The translations under genes and the position numbers were made by a program. The notes beneath the pieces were generated by a model, which saw only the letters and a program-made list of their open reading frames with translations, was not told the DNA's origin and made no database searches. A DNA stretch of 64,000 bases, taken from contig JACPKU010000004.1 of NCBI GenBank assembly GCA_016186915.1, positions 67,168 through 131,167 of the forward strand, given 5' to 3'. Position 1 is the first letter of the stretch, and the number at the start of each line of letters is the position of its first letter. This DNA is from Candidatus Doudnabacteria bacterium. Its GTDB lineage: Bacteria; Patescibacteriota; Doudnabacteria; UBA920; O2-02-FULL-48-8. Below are positions 9,505 to 19,000 of the stretch, in pieces.

Positions 9505-10206
9505 TCAAGCCGAAAGTTTTATGACCTCGAAGCATTCGTATTCCAGAAAGAAAGGCCAGATGAGGTCAGGGACGTGTTGGCTCTGGTGCGCTTCCAAGGC
9601 CTTGAGTTTCTGGGCTGCATATTTTTTGATATCAATCTTCGTCAGTCGGCCGTCAGGGACACCTTTTAGATTATTTGCCACATAGTGCAAGTGGTGGACT
9701 TTGCGCTGATCCAAATGTTTACAAAAATCTTCGATCAAAGAACTGGGAATACATGTTCTCCAAATTTCCGACGGTGGCGTGTCGGCTTGCTTGGCTGCTA
9801 GCATCGCGGCTCGGCCTATGGTGATGTGGTCGCGGTGGCCAGAAATACCCTCTTCGCCAAAGGTCAGGATAATTTGCGGTGTTAGAGCGTTGATTTCTTC
9901 GGATAACTGCGAAATTAGTTCTGCGAAATCAGCCTTATCCAGTTGGCCATCACCAAAGTCGAAGATTTTTTTGCAGTCACAACCCAGCACTCGGCAGGCT
10001 TGTTGCAGTTCTTGGGTTCTAATCTCTGCCATTTGCTCTGGAGAGAGTTCTCGGTTTAATCGATCCGGGCCTCTTTCCCCCGTGGTGGCGCAGATCACAG
10101 CGCTTCGCTTTCCTTCTTCAGCCAATTTCAAACAAGTGCCGGCCAGCAGAAATGCCTCGTCGTCCGGATGTGCTAAAATAGCTAACGCGTAAACTCCCTC
10201 TTTCAT
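9505..10206 (-). CDS. PIG-L/LmbE-family N-acetylglucosaminyl deacetylase
   Basis: AILAHPDDEAFLLAGT...TTGERG is the LmbE metal-binding motif. Confidence 0.7.
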   Translation of the reverse strand: MKEGVYALAILAHPDDEAFLLAGTCLKLAEEGKRSAVICATTGERGPDRLNRELSPEQMAEIRTQELQQACRVLGCDCKKIFDFGDGQLDKADFAELISQLSEEINALTPQIILTFGEEGISGHRDHITIGRAAMLAAKQADTPPSEIWRTCIPSSLIEDFCKHLDQRKVHHLHYVANNLKGVPDGRLTKIDIKKYAAQKLKALEAHQSQHVPDLIWPFFLEYECFEVIKLSA

Positions 10207-10215
10207 ATTACCTTA

Positions 10216-11277
10216 TTATATATTGAATCTAAAATGCGCAACATCGCCGTCTTGCATCACGTATTCTTTGCCTTCCAGCCGCAGCCAGCCGCGGTCGCGA
10301 GCACCGGCGTAGCCGCTGGCCTCTAATAATTTATCCCAAGCAATCACTTCCGCTTTGATAAAGCCTTTTTCAAAATCTGTATGAATGGTGCCGGCAGCAG
10401 CAGGGGCTTTGGTGCCTTTCACAATAGTCCAAGCCTTGGTTTCCTTCGGGCCAACGGTTAAGAAAGTGATAAGGTCAAGAAGTTTGTAAGCGGCGCGCGC
10501 CAGCCGGTCCAGTCCGGACTCATTGATGCCCAGCTCTTGCATGTATTCTCTCCGTTCTTCGTCTTTGAGTTCTGCCAATTCCGCTTCAATTTTTACATCC
10601 ATCGGCAAAAATTCCGTTAACATAATCTCATCGGTCGCTAAATTTATGTCATGTGTGTTAGCTACGTATAGCAAGGGTTTCATGGTCAAAAGCTGGAGCT
10701 GTTTGACCAAGCGCAGTTCTTCGTCGCTCAAATTTACAGTTCGCGCCAACTGTCCGGCTTCCAATACAGCTTTTATTTTTTCCAAAGTCGACTTCAAAAC
10801 AACTGCCTCTTTGTCCCCGGATTTCACTTCACGGTTCAGACCCTCCAATCTTTTATCTGCAGTCGCTAGATCCGCTAACATCAGCTCCGTATTGACCACT
10901 TCAATATCCCGTTTCGGATCCACTGAACCGTCCACGTGGATAATGTCTTTGTTGTCGAAAAAGCGCACCACCTGCACAATCGCGTCCACTTCGCGGATGT
11001 GGGACAAGAATTTATTGCCCAAACCTTGTCCTTCTGCCGCCCCTTTGACCAGTCCGGCAATATCCACGAATTCAATGCTGGTTGGCACCAGTTTTTCTGA
11101 TTTTTCCAAAACAGCAAGTCTCTCTATCCGTTCGTCTGGGACATTAATCACGCCAACATTGGGGTCAATGGTGGTGAAGGGAAAGTTCGAGGCTTGGGCC
11201 GCTTGTTTAGTTAAGGCGTTAAATAAGGTGGACTTACCGACATTCGGCAACCCCACAATGCCGACAGAGAAGGACAT
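10216..11277 (-). CDS. ychF: Ribosome-binding ATPase YchF
   Basis: GIVGLPNVGKSTLFNALT...FPFTTIDPNVG...ASGYAGARDRGWLRLEGKEYVMQDGDVAHFRFN (TGS domain). Confidence 0.85.
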   Translation of the reverse strand: MSFSVGIVGLPNVGKSTLFNALTKQAAQASNFPFTTIDPNVGVINVPDERIERLAVLEKSEKLVPTSIEFVDIAGLVKGAAEGQGLGNKFLSHIREVDAIVQVVRFFDNKDIIHVDGSVDPKRDIEVVNTELMLADLATADKRLEGLNREVKSGDKEAVVLKSTLEKIKAVLEAGQLARTVNLSDEELRLVKQLQLLTMKPLLYVANTHDINLATDEIMLTEFLPMDVKIEAELAELKDEERREYMQELGINESGLDRLARAAYKLLDLITFLTVGPKETKAWTIVKGTKAPAAAGTIHTDFEKGFIKAEVIAWDKLLEASGYAGARDRGWLRLEGKEYVMQDGDVAHFRFNI

Positions 11278-11279
11278 AG

Positions 11280-11858
11280 TTAGTGAATATATTTTTTCTT
11301 TTCATCTTCAAACATTACTATTAATTCTTGAATGGCTCTCTGCTCAGTAGGATTTTTTGTCTGAGCCAAATCAAACTTCAGACTATTAATAAATCCATTC
11401 AAAATTTGTATTGTTAATTCCGGATGTCGTTGAAAATCAAAATTATTTAAATCTTTAGGTACACTTTTTCTATCCAAGAATATTAATGCTTTTGGAATCT
11501 TTGGGTCTTGTGGTTTCATCCCCTCAACCCTGACAAACGGTTGATCGGCCAACTCTTTCATTTTTATAGCTTTAGTTTTTGCGGCTTCCGCGGTAGTAAT
11601 TTGAGCCCCGATAATAGGCTTCCCGTCTTTGGAGATTACGGCGTCCACTGCTGGCCCGGATCCTTGATCCTTAACTCCAGAATCTTCTTGCTGAGTAGAA
11701 ATTCTTGCTTCCATTCCTGGAAATTCTGAATTAATAAAAAGCACAACAGCATCTTCACCTAATTCGCTTCGGTTTTGAATTTCAGGATCTGGAGGTCTGT
11801 CTAAACGTTTTATGTATCTGGCTTCTGTGCCTTCTCTCATGTACGACAAGTATAACAT
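11280..11858 (-). CDS. Hypothetical protein
   Basis: ORF tightly packed next to ychF. No motif recognised. Confidence 0.4.
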   Translation of the reverse strand: MLYLSYMREGTEARYIKRLDRPPDPEIQNRSELGEDAVVLFINSEFPGMEARISTQQEDSGVKDQGSGPAVDAVISKDGKPIIGAQITTAEAAKTKAIKMKELADQPFVRVEGMKPQDPKIPKALIFLDRKSVPKDLNNFDFQRHPELTIQILNGFINSLKFDLAQTKNPTEQRAIQELIVMFEDEKKKYIH

Positions 11859-11885
11859 AAAGTGTTTTTATGCTAAAATACTTTT

Positions 11886-12725
11886 ATGAGAATTAGAAAT
11901 CTAAAAAAGCTCCCTAAAAAAGACTTGATTGTGTTTGATCTTGATGGGACCTTGGTCGAGACTAAATCAATAATGGATAAACAGATGTCTAGATTGGTAA
12001 AGCAACTACTTTTTCGCAAACAGGTGGCAGTCATTGGCGGCGGAAAGTACACCCTTTTTCAGTCTCTGTTTTTGCGCCAGCTTAAGGCCCCAAAAAAGTT
12101 ATTTAAAAATCTTTTTTTATTCCCTACCACTTCCACCTCGTTTTACAGATATAAGAATGGCTGGAAGAAAATTTACGCTTTAGAGCTTTCTAAAAAAGAA
12201 AGGGAGAAAATCAAGAAAGCTTTTAAAGACGTGTTTGCAGAAGCAGGTTATGTGGCGCCAAAGAAGACTTATGGCACAGTGATTGAGGATCGACGTACCC
12301 AGATCACTTTTTCTGCACTGGGCCAAGAAGTAGTAAAAGTTTTGGGAAAAAAAGGAGTGGATTTAAAAAAACAATGGCTGATAGAGAACAAACCCATGAA
12401 AATGAAATTAACCCGTCTGTTAGGTAAACGCCTGCCAAGCATGGAAGTTCGCGCTGCCGGATTTACCTCGATCGATGTGACCAGGCGCGGAATTGATAAG
12501 GCCTATGGCATGAAACAAATAAAAAAGCATCTAAAAGTGCCTATATCACGGATGCTTTTTGTGGGTGATGCGATTTTTCCTGGAGGGAATGACTATGCCG
12601 TCGTAAGAACCGGGGTTGATTATTTCTCCGTATCTGGACCCGAAGAAACAAAAAAAATCATTCGGAAATTGATACAAAAAATAAAAAAAGAAGCGTCCGT
12701 GGTTGTAGTTAGCCAGGACGCGTAA
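11886..12725 (+). CDS. HAD-superfamily hydrolase (phosphomannomutase-like HAD-IIB)
   Basis: DLDGTL motif I near the N-terminus. FVGDAIFPGGNDY is the C-terminal HAD motif. Confidence 0.55.
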   Translation: MRIRNLKKLPKKDLIVFDLDGTLVETKSIMDKQMSRLVKQLLFRKQVAVIGGGKYTLFQSLFLRQLKAPKKLFKNLFLFPTTSTSFYRYKNGWKKIYALELSKKEREKIKKAFKDVFAEAGYVAPKKTYGTVIEDRRTQITFSALGQEVVKVLGKKGVDLKKQWLIENKPMKMKLTRLLGKRLPSMEVRAAGFTSIDVTRRGIDKAYGMKQIKKHLKVPISRMLFVGDAIFPGGNDYAVVRTGVDYFSVSGPEETKKIIRKLIQKIKKEASVVVVSQDA

Positions 12726-13014
12726 GGGTAAGGGTGTTGAGAAGCTGCCCACGAATCGAGTCGGTCATCGATTCTGGTTCCGGTAGGGCCAGAACTTCAG
12801 AGATGCCTCCGATCTCATCCACCGGAGCGGCGGTTGAGAGAAGACGCAGGCAACGGTCTCTGTCCTTGTCCGGGATGTCGATGTTGACTGAGTGCTGGTC
12901 GATAGGACTCAAATCTGCCCGAAGCGGCGTTTTGTCATCCAGGGTTCCGGTGATAGCGAACCAGCACAGGAGCAAGGCGTGTTGCTCAGAATTGCAGCGC
13001 ACCCAGATTTGCAT
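12709..13014 (-). CDS. Small GC-rich hypothetical protein
   Basis: About 55% GC islet between convergent genes. Perfect SD (gaggaggaatcATG). Confidence 0.4.
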   Translation of the reverse strand: MQIWVRCNSEQHALLLCWFAITGTLDDKTPLRADLSPIDQHSVNIDIPDKDRDRCLRLLSTAAPVDEIGGISEVLALPEPESMTDSIRGQLLNTLTLTRPG

Positions 13015-13057
13015 GATTCCTCCTCAGATGGGCACAGCGGGGAAGATAGAAAGTGGC

Positions 13058-14029
13058 TTAGATCAATCCGATTTTCGTCTTGACTTCGATCAGAGTAGCT
13101 TGGGCTACTTTCCGGGCTTTGGTGCCTCCTTGTACCAGAATATCTTGAATTTGATCAGGCCTAGCAAGCAGTTGCTGTTTCTTTTTTCGGAAATTAGCAA
13201 AGTGGTCGGCGATGAGTTTTGCCAGCGCGTTTTTCAATTCTGAATATTTGATGGAGTTGTCTTCCTGTTGTCTGCTAAAAGATTTAAATGTTTTTTTGTC
13301 GGCGAAATGCTCGAGTATTAAAAAGAGATTTCCAACTCCAGGGGATTCTTGTTTTGCGTCTGTGGCCGTGGGCGCTTTTTTGAGTTTACGTAAAATTTCG
13401 GCTGGCGAGTCATCCAACATCAAAGCTTCATCTCCCGTTTTGCTCATTTTTTTAGTGGGATCTGAAAGACTCATTATGCGCAGCGGTTTGCGCAGATAAG
13501 TTTTAGGTTCAGGAAAGGTTTTGCCAAAACGGTTGTTGAATTTGCGAGCAATATTGCGGGTGAGTTCTACGTGCTGGGTTTGATCGTCGCCCACCGGCAC
13601 TCCAGTTGGTTTGTAAAGCAAAATATCCGCCGCCATAAGTGTAGGATAAGTCAAAAGTCCGGCATTGATACCTTCTTTATGTTGGTCAGATTTTTCTTTG
13701 AATTGGGTCATGCGATTAAGCTCGCCCAAAGAGGTGAGAGAATTAAAAATCCAAGCCAGTTCTGTATGTTCCAAGACCTGGCTTTGCAAAAAAAACGTGG
13801 ATTTTTTGGGGTCTATGCCAGCGGCTAAATAATCGGCCGCCACTTCTAAAGTATTTTGCGACAATTCCTTTGGCTCAAAAGGTGTAGTTAAAGCATGTAA
13901 ATCCGCAATAAAAAAGAAGCAATTATTGCCTTCATTTTGCAATTCGACAAATTGCTTCAATGCCCCCAAATAATTGCCAATATGCAGTTTTCCTGAAGCC
14001 CTGATGCCCGAGACAATAGTTTCTTTCAT
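13058..14029 (-). CDS. trpS: Tryptophan--tRNA ligase
   Basis: Class I HIGH (KLHIGNYLG) and KMSKT motifs. TrpRS-length protein. Confidence 0.85.
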   Translation of the reverse strand: MKETIVSGIRASGKLHIGNYLGALKQFVELQNEGNNCFFFIADLHALTTPFEPKELSQNTLEVAADYLAAGIDPKKSTFFLQSQVLEHTELAWIFNSLTSLGELNRMTQFKEKSDQHKEGINAGLLTYPTLMAADILLYKPTGVPVGDDQTQHVELTRNIARKFNNRFGKTFPEPKTYLRKPLRIMSLSDPTKKMSKTGDEALMLDDSPAEILRKLKKAPTATDAKQESPGVGNLFLILEHFADKKTFKSFSRQQEDNSIKYSELKNALAKLIADHFANFRKKKQQLLARPDQIQDILVQGGTKARKVAQATLIEVKTKIGLI

Positions 14030-14153
14030 CCCGTTTAGAAGTTTTAATTATATAATTCTAGGCATTGACATTATTCTCCCCATTAGATGCCTCATGTAAC
14101 AAAAACGGGCACATAAACTTCTAACGGGATTCATGGGACTATTATAGCTTATT

Positions 14154-14245
14154 TTTATAACCCCTCCCAGCCTCCCCTTATGTTAAGGGGACGAGATTTT
14201 TTAAACCCCCTCTTAAATAAGAGGGGGTAGGGGGAGTTAAACTTC
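14154..14245. repeat. Modular G-tract/AT-loop hairpin repeat cluster
   Basis: Modules ttataacccctcccagcc, cctccccttatgttaagggga, ccccctcttaaataagaggggg, gggggagttaaacttc. Homologous copies at 19861-19995, 28777-28863, 43513-43635. Confidence 0.6.
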
Positions 14246-14266
14246 AATCACCACAGGCAGGATCAT

Positions 14267-14291
14267 CCGCCTACGCGCGAGGCTTCGGCGG
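14267..14291. repeat. CCGCC..GGCGG hairpin element (intergenic)
   Basis: ccgcctacgcgcgaggcttcggcgg. Same stem as the in-frame palindromic family. Confidence 0.5.
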
Positions 14292-14323
14292 ACAAGAAAC
14301 GTCAGACGTTTCAAGTTGGCCGG

Positions 14324-16081
14324 CTAGACCTCAATCACAACTGGTAATATCATAGGTCTACGCTCGGTTCGTTGAAACAAGAAATCGCCGATTTGGTCGC
14401 GCACCTCGGAACGGATGTAAGCCCAATTTGGTTCTTTGTAGCCTTTGCCGTTTTTGGTTTCCACCACCTTTCGCACTTCATGCTTAACTTCTTTCAGCAA
14501 ATCCTCAGATCCTTTCATATAGATAAAGCCGCGGGAGATAATGTCTGGCTGCTGCGTTAATTTTCCAGTCCTTCTGTCTATAGTCATAATCACCACAAAC
14601 ATGCCATCCTTGCTCATTACTTGTCGGTCGCGCAGTACGACTTCGCCCACATCACCAACACCCAAGCCATCTACAAACACGTAGCCAGTCGGGATTTTGG
14701 CTTCCATGGTTTTGGCGCTGTTGCTGGTTATTTCCAACATCTGGCCGTTGTCCAAAATAAAGACGTTGCTTTCCGGCACCCCGACACTTTTAGCCAAATC
14801 CGCGTGTGCCACCAACATGTGATGCTCGCCGTGAATAGGCATAAAGTTTTTGGGCTTGGTGAGGGCGATCATCAGCTTCAAATCTTCCTGATACGCGTGC
14901 CCGGAAGTATGGATGTCCAGAATTTTTTGATACAACACCCGCGCGCCTTGTCTGGCCAAACTGGAAAGCGTAGACGAGATAGACCGTTCGTTGCCAGGGA
15001 TAGGCGAGGCAGACACAATCACCGTGTCCCCCTTTTTTATGGAGATAGTTTTATGCTCACTGCGTGAGATTCGGGCCAAGGCTGAAAACTCCTCGCCTTG
15101 GGAGCCGGTGGTCAGGATCAAGACTTGATTGTCAGGAAGTTTTCCAGCCTGTTCCATTTTCACAATCATATTTTTCGCCGGCAACCTGAGATAATTGGTG
15201 GACAGGCAGATCTCCACGTTGTTTACAAGACTTCTGCCGGTGACCACTAATTTGCGGTTGTGTTTATGAGCCGCATCGATCAGTTGTTGCAGGCGGCCGA
15301 TTAGGGTGGAGAAGGTGGCAAAGATTACGCGTCCTTTGGCATCCCCCACAATCCGGTCAATGGTTTCACCCAAGGTTTTTTCAGACATGGAGTAGCCAGG
15401 TTTTTCCGCATTGGTGGAATCGCTCATCAAGAGCGCTACCCCCTCGCCGCCGAACTTGGCCAGCTTGTCGAATTCCGTAGGCTTGCCATCCACGGGCGTG
15501 TGGTCAAATTTCCAGTCCGTGGCATAGACCAACAGGCCGGCCGGCGTATTGATTGCCAGGCCGATACTGTCTGGAATATTATGGTTGAGTCGGAAAAAAC
15601 GGATGCGGAAGTTGCCCAGAGTCAAAATGTCGTCTTTGTTGAGTTCGTGAATCTGGGAGCGCCCCATCAGATGAAATTCTTCCAGTCGTTTTTTGATAAA
15701 CTCGCCGGTTAATTTCAGGGTATAAATCGGCGGGTCGCCGATTTTAGGCATGATGTAAGGGATGGCTCCGATGTGGTCCAAATGGCCGTGAGTAATAATC
15801 ACACCCTTGATCTTCTTTTTATTTTCTTCCAAATATTTGGTGTTGGGGATGATGTAATCAATCCCAGGCATGGTTTCGTCAGGGAACCCGAGCCCCATGT
15901 CAATTACCAAAATATCATCACCATATTCAAGTATGGTCATGTTTTCGCCAACTTCCTCAATACCACCCAGAGGGATAACTCTAAGCGAATTTTTGGAAGA
16001 GGATTTTTGCGCTACTGCTGGCGCTGAAGTGGTTGTGCGGCCGCTGTGTCTTGAAGCTGGCCCGCTTTGTTTTCGAATCAT
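14324..16081 (-). CDS. rnj: Ribonuclease J
   Basis: Metallo-beta-lactamase HxHxDH (ITHGHLDHIGAIPY) plus beta-CASP/RMMBL region. 585 aa. Confidence 0.85.
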   Translation of the reverse strand: MIRKQSGPASRHSGRTTTSAPAVAQKSSSKNSLRVIPLGGIEEVGENMTILEYGDDILVIDMGLGFPDETMPGIDYIIPNTKYLEENKKKIKGVIITHGHLDHIGAIPYIMPKIGDPPIYTLKLTGEFIKKRLEEFHLMGRSQIHELNKDDILTLGNFRIRFFRLNHNIPDSIGLAINTPAGLLVYATDWKFDHTPVDGKPTEFDKLAKFGGEGVALLMSDSTNAEKPGYSMSEKTLGETIDRIVGDAKGRVIFATFSTLIGRLQQLIDAAHKHNRKLVVTGRSLVNNVEICLSTNYLRLPAKNMIVKMEQAGKLPDNQVLILTTGSQGEEFSALARISRSEHKTISIKKGDTVIVSASPIPGNERSISSTLSSLARQGARVLYQKILDIHTSGHAYQEDLKLMIALTKPKNFMPIHGEHHMLVAHADLAKSVGVPESNVFILDNGQMLEITSNSAKTMEAKIPTGYVFVDGLGVGDVGEVVLRDRQVMSKDGMFVVIMTIDRRTGKLTQQPDIISRGFIYMKGSEDLLKEVKHEVRKVVETKNGKGYKEPNWAYIRSEVRDQIGDFLFQRTERRPMILPVVIEV

Positions 16082-16418
16082 TTAAGTCCTTTATTAATAA
16101 TAAAAACACACACTCATGTGTTTTTAAACCAAGAAAAATCTATGGCTTGCGAGTCTTTAAACAGGGCTAAACCGCTGGTTTTATTCCGACGCGGGATTAC
16201 CGGTCGGAACCCCGACCAATGGTCGGGGGAAGACCCAATTAACACAAAATAATCAACAAACAGCAGTTATTGGCTATTTTTTATTAACTGTATGAGTTTG
16301 TTTTTGTTTCTGCTTACTAACTTTAAGAGTATCTACATTATACACGAACCTAGGATTTTGTCAAACGGTTTTTTCATGGCCTTGCCCATACGGCCGCTAA
16401 GTTCTGTATTGACGGGTA

Positions 16419-16567
16419 CGGAGAGATTTTCCAGCCTTCGCTAAAGCTTCGGCGGATCCGCCGGAGCCTTGTGCGGAGGCGGAGAACTCTCACGGACTTG
16501 CGTCCACACGCTCCTGCCTGTCCGCCGAAATTTCGATGAAGGCGGAAAGCTGCGCGCCCCGCACTAA
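16419..16567 (-). pseudogene. tRNA-Leu-like copy interrupted by palindromic insertions
   Basis: Aligns to tRNA-Leu(CAG) T-arm, variable arm and the 3' part of the anticodon arm. Has a ~50-nt insertion in the T-loop and a ~34-nt insertion replacing the 5' anticodon stem. Both insertions contain ccgcc/ggcgg hairpins. No matching 5' acceptor strand nearby. Confidence 0.3.
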
Positions 16568-16588
16568 ATTTTGCTTAGGATCATATTC

Positions 16589-16662
16589 TGGTGCTCGAGG
16601 GGAGAGTCGAACTCCCACGGCCTTGCGGCCATACGCTCCTGAAGCGTACGTGCCCCGCACCA
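16589..16662 (-). tRNA. 3' portion of a second type-II tRNA-Leu(CAG)-like gene
   Basis: Intact TACGC-TTCAGGA-GCGTA anticodon arm, GGCC-GCAA-GGCC variable arm, GGGAG-TTCGACT-CTCCC T-arm, acceptor 3' strand CTCGAGC-A-CCA. Lacks acceptor 5' strand and D-arm. The matching GCTCGAG + D-arm lies at 16790-16854, on the far side of the intact tRNA-Leu. Confidence 0.35.
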
Positions 16663-16681
16663 AAAGAGCTTAGTTTTGTCT

Positions 16682-16768
16682 TGGTGGGCACGGAGAGATT
16701 TGAACTCTCACGGGATTGCTCCCACACGCTCCTGAAGCGTGCGCGTATACCAGTTCCGCCACGTACCC
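16682..16768 (-). tRNA. tRNA-Leu (anticodon CAG), type II, 87 nt
   Basis: Manual fold: acceptor GGGTACG/CGTGCCC, D-arm, anticodon arm CACGC-TTCAGGA-GCGTG, long variable arm GGGA-GCAA-TCCC, T-arm GAGAG-TTCAAAT-CTCTC, encoded CCA. Confidence 0.75.
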
Positions 16769-16789
16769 ATGAATCTTTGGTGCGGGGTA

Positions 16790-16854
16790 AATCTGCCAGC
16801 CTGCCCCGTACCTCCCGCCAGGGCGGGATGGTACCGGGGTTCCACCACTCGAGC
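16790..16854 (-). other. tRNA 5'-half-like segment (acceptor GCTCGAG + D-arm) followed by a ggcgg palindrome
   Basis: GCTCGAG-TG-GTGG-AACCCCGGTA-CCAT, then CCCGCCCTGGCGGG, then ...TTTACCCCGCACC. The last piece is complementary to ggtgcgggg preceding the 3' portion at 16589-16662. Confidence 0.3.
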
Positions 16855-16939
16855 ATAGAAAAGAAGATTAGTGCGGGGTAAATCTGCCAGACGCGGCTAG
16901 ATTTATAGGGTATCACTAAATTCGTTTCGCCTCAACTGC

Positions 16940-18718
16940 TCAACGGGTTTTGATGTACCACTTGTTTATATCTAAAAATCGTTCAGAGGGATGGATGATG
17001 GTGGTCAGATCAATGCCTTTAATCTCTTTGGGTACATTGTAGACATAAACGGCGCTGTCCAAAAACACTGCCGGAATCTCGTCAGTTATGATTTCTTGAA
17101 ATTGTTGATAATAAGTGTTGCGAACATTGACGTCATTGGTTTGTCTGGCCTTAGTCAGCAGTTGGTCCACAGTCGCGTTTTTGAACCCAGAGATGTTTAG
17201 TCCCGGGCTCCTGACTTGCGTGGAGTCCCAAAAAGCAAACGGGTCAGGATCAGCCCCGGTGTTTTGAGCAAACAGCAGAGCGTCAAAATCCCTCAGTCTG
17301 ATACTCTGCTGCTGCAGCTCAGTCGGCGAAACTACTATGAGGTTGATTTTAGCGCCAATCTGCTCCCATTGCTTTTTTATAATCTGCGCGGTTTTGACGT
17401 TCAGTACAAGATTGTTGGTGGTAAGATTAAATTCCAATGGTTTGTCATTTTTCACCCTAATGCCAGTGAACTCATCTAAAACCCAATTCCCTCTGTCCAA
17501 AATATCAGCCGCTTCCGTAAGACTGGTGTGCGTACGCTGGGAAATATTCGGGTTATATCCGAGGTTCCCCTCAATGATTGGACCGTAGGCGGCTTGCGCA
17601 TAGCCAAGATAAACTTGTTCGATAATTTCTTGGCGATCCGTGGCAAGCCATAAAGCTTGTCTTACTGCCTTATCCGTAAGCACATTATCTTTGAGGAGAT
17701 TAAAAAATACGGCTTGATATTGCGGAAGGTTGATTTGGTGTTGATTGAATTTTTCTGAAGGCTCCACAAATGTTTTCCGGTCAAAAGGCAGATAGCCCAA
17801 GGAATCGATTTCCCGGGCTTGATAGGCGGTAACCAGTTCTTCTGGATCTTCCAGAAATTTGAAAGTCAGCGAGTTGAGGAAAGGACGGCCGGCATGGTAG
17901 TTTTCATTGGCATCAAGACTGATGGATTTGAGGGTGCCGTCAGAAGTTTTTCGGATCTCTTTGACCACAAAAGGCCCCGAGCCAACGGGCTTCAAATTAA
18001 GGTCAGAAAGCCGGAACTGATTTGGCTCCAGCTCCCCCCAAATATGCTTTGGTAAAATTCCCAACGCAAAATTAATGATGAAAGAGGCGGAAACTTCCCG
18101 CAAAGTGAAGTTAAGCGTCAAATCGTCAATTTTTTCCACGGTCACTCGCTTCCAGTTGGCAGTTAGGGGAGATTCGTATTCGTCGTTTTGGATAGTTTGA
18201 ATGGTAAACAGCACATCGTCAGAGCGGATGGGTTTGCCGTCTTGCCATTTCAGATTGGGTTTAAGTTTTACCGTGTAAGTTTTCTGATCTTCCGAGACCG
18301 TGGGCAAAGACTCTGCAAGATCCGGAACTAAGTTGAGGTCTTTGTCGAATTTAATCAGCTGGGCATAAACGATTCGGGAGAGATCGGAATCCACACTGCT
18401 CGTACCTGCCAAAACCGGATTGATAAACCGCGGCTGTCCGACCAAACCTTCAACCTGTTCTCCGCCACGAGCGGGGAGGTCCGAGGTTCCTTTGGTGGCC
18501 GCTCCGAAAACTAAAAATCCGCCTGCGATGATGAATACCATCGCTGCGGCGGAAAGTTTAACTAACTCTGATTTGCTAAAACTTTCAACTATCAAAGGGA
18601 TGTGTCCGCGACTGAGCCTGGGCGTTAGCTTCAATCCGTTTAAGGCTTCTGCGAACAAACTGCGTAGTAAACTAATTGCGTTTAAAAAAGTTGTGAGTAA
18701 TTTTTTTAATATGTTCAT
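16940..18718 (-). CDS. ABC transporter substrate-binding protein, family 5 (peptide/nickel, OppA-like)
   Basis: N-terminal membrane anchor, then the typical SBP_bac_5 body (...KLKPNLKWQDGKPIRSDDVLFT...). Confidence 0.75.
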   Translation of the reverse strand: MNILKKLLTTFLNAISLLRSLFAEALNGLKLTPRLSRGHIPLIVESFSKSELVKLSAAAMVFIIAGGFLVFGAATKGTSDLPARGGEQVEGLVGQPRFINPVLAGTSSVDSDLSRIVYAQLIKFDKDLNLVPDLAESLPTVSEDQKTYTVKLKPNLKWQDGKPIRSDDVLFTIQTIQNDEYESPLTANWKRVTVEKIDDLTLNFTLREVSASFIINFALGILPKHIWGELEPNQFRLSDLNLKPVGSGPFVVKEIRKTSDGTLKSISLDANENYHAGRPFLNSLTFKFLEDPEELVTAYQAREIDSLGYLPFDRKTFVEPSEKFNQHQINLPQYQAVFFNLLKDNVLTDKAVRQALWLATDRQEIIEQVYLGYAQAAYGPIIEGNLGYNPNISQRTHTSLTEAADILDRGNWVLDEFTGIRVKNDKPLEFNLTTNNLVLNVKTAQIIKKQWEQIGAKINLIVVSPTELQQQSIRLRDFDALLFAQNTGADPDPFAFWDSTQVRSPGLNISGFKNATVDQLLTKARQTNDVNVRNTYYQQFQEIITDEIPAVFLDSAVYVYNVPKEIKGIDLTTIIHPSERFLDINKWYIKTR

Positions 18719-18946
18719 TTAGAGCAAGAATAAGATCGCGATATTTAACGCGACAAATATTACTCCTAAAATGATGGTCATATAATGTAACCCTTTGGCA
18801 AAGCCTCGCCTGGAGCGGTACACGCCGCCTTCGCCGCCGAACACCGTGGACAGTCCGCCTTCTTTTTGCTGCATAAGAATGACTATGACTAAAATTGCGT
18901 CAATTGCTATAAGGCCAAAGAGTAGTATGTTTTCTAGATTATCCAT
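18719..18946 (-). CDS. secG: Preprotein translocase subunit SecG
   Basis: 75-aa, two-TM protein with LMQQKEGGLSTVFGG motif. Confidence 0.7.
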   Translation of the reverse strand: MDNLENILLFGLIAIDAILVIVILMQQKEGGLSTVFGGEGGVYRSRRGFAKGLHYMTIILGVIFVALNIAILFLL

Positions 18947-19000
18947 ATCATTTGATGAAAATTAAATACTATAGTATTTTGCCAGAAAGCAAAGCTTATG

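Noticed and set aside
9779-10192. 137-aa plus-strand ORF antisense to the LmbE-family gene, and a 275-aa ORF (10523-11350) antisense to ychF
   Set aside because: The sense-strand genes have strong family motifs. The antisense frames are composition artefacts.
16380-16920. Reading the whole tRNA-Leu neighbourhood as a two-piece (permuted) tmRNA
   Set aside because: A GGGAG-TTCGACT-CTCCC..CTCGAGCACCA end is tmRNA-like in shape. The intervening sequence contains a complete tRNA-Leu and no tag-peptide reading frame ending ..ALAA-stop. The split or duplicated tRNA-Leu explanation fits better.
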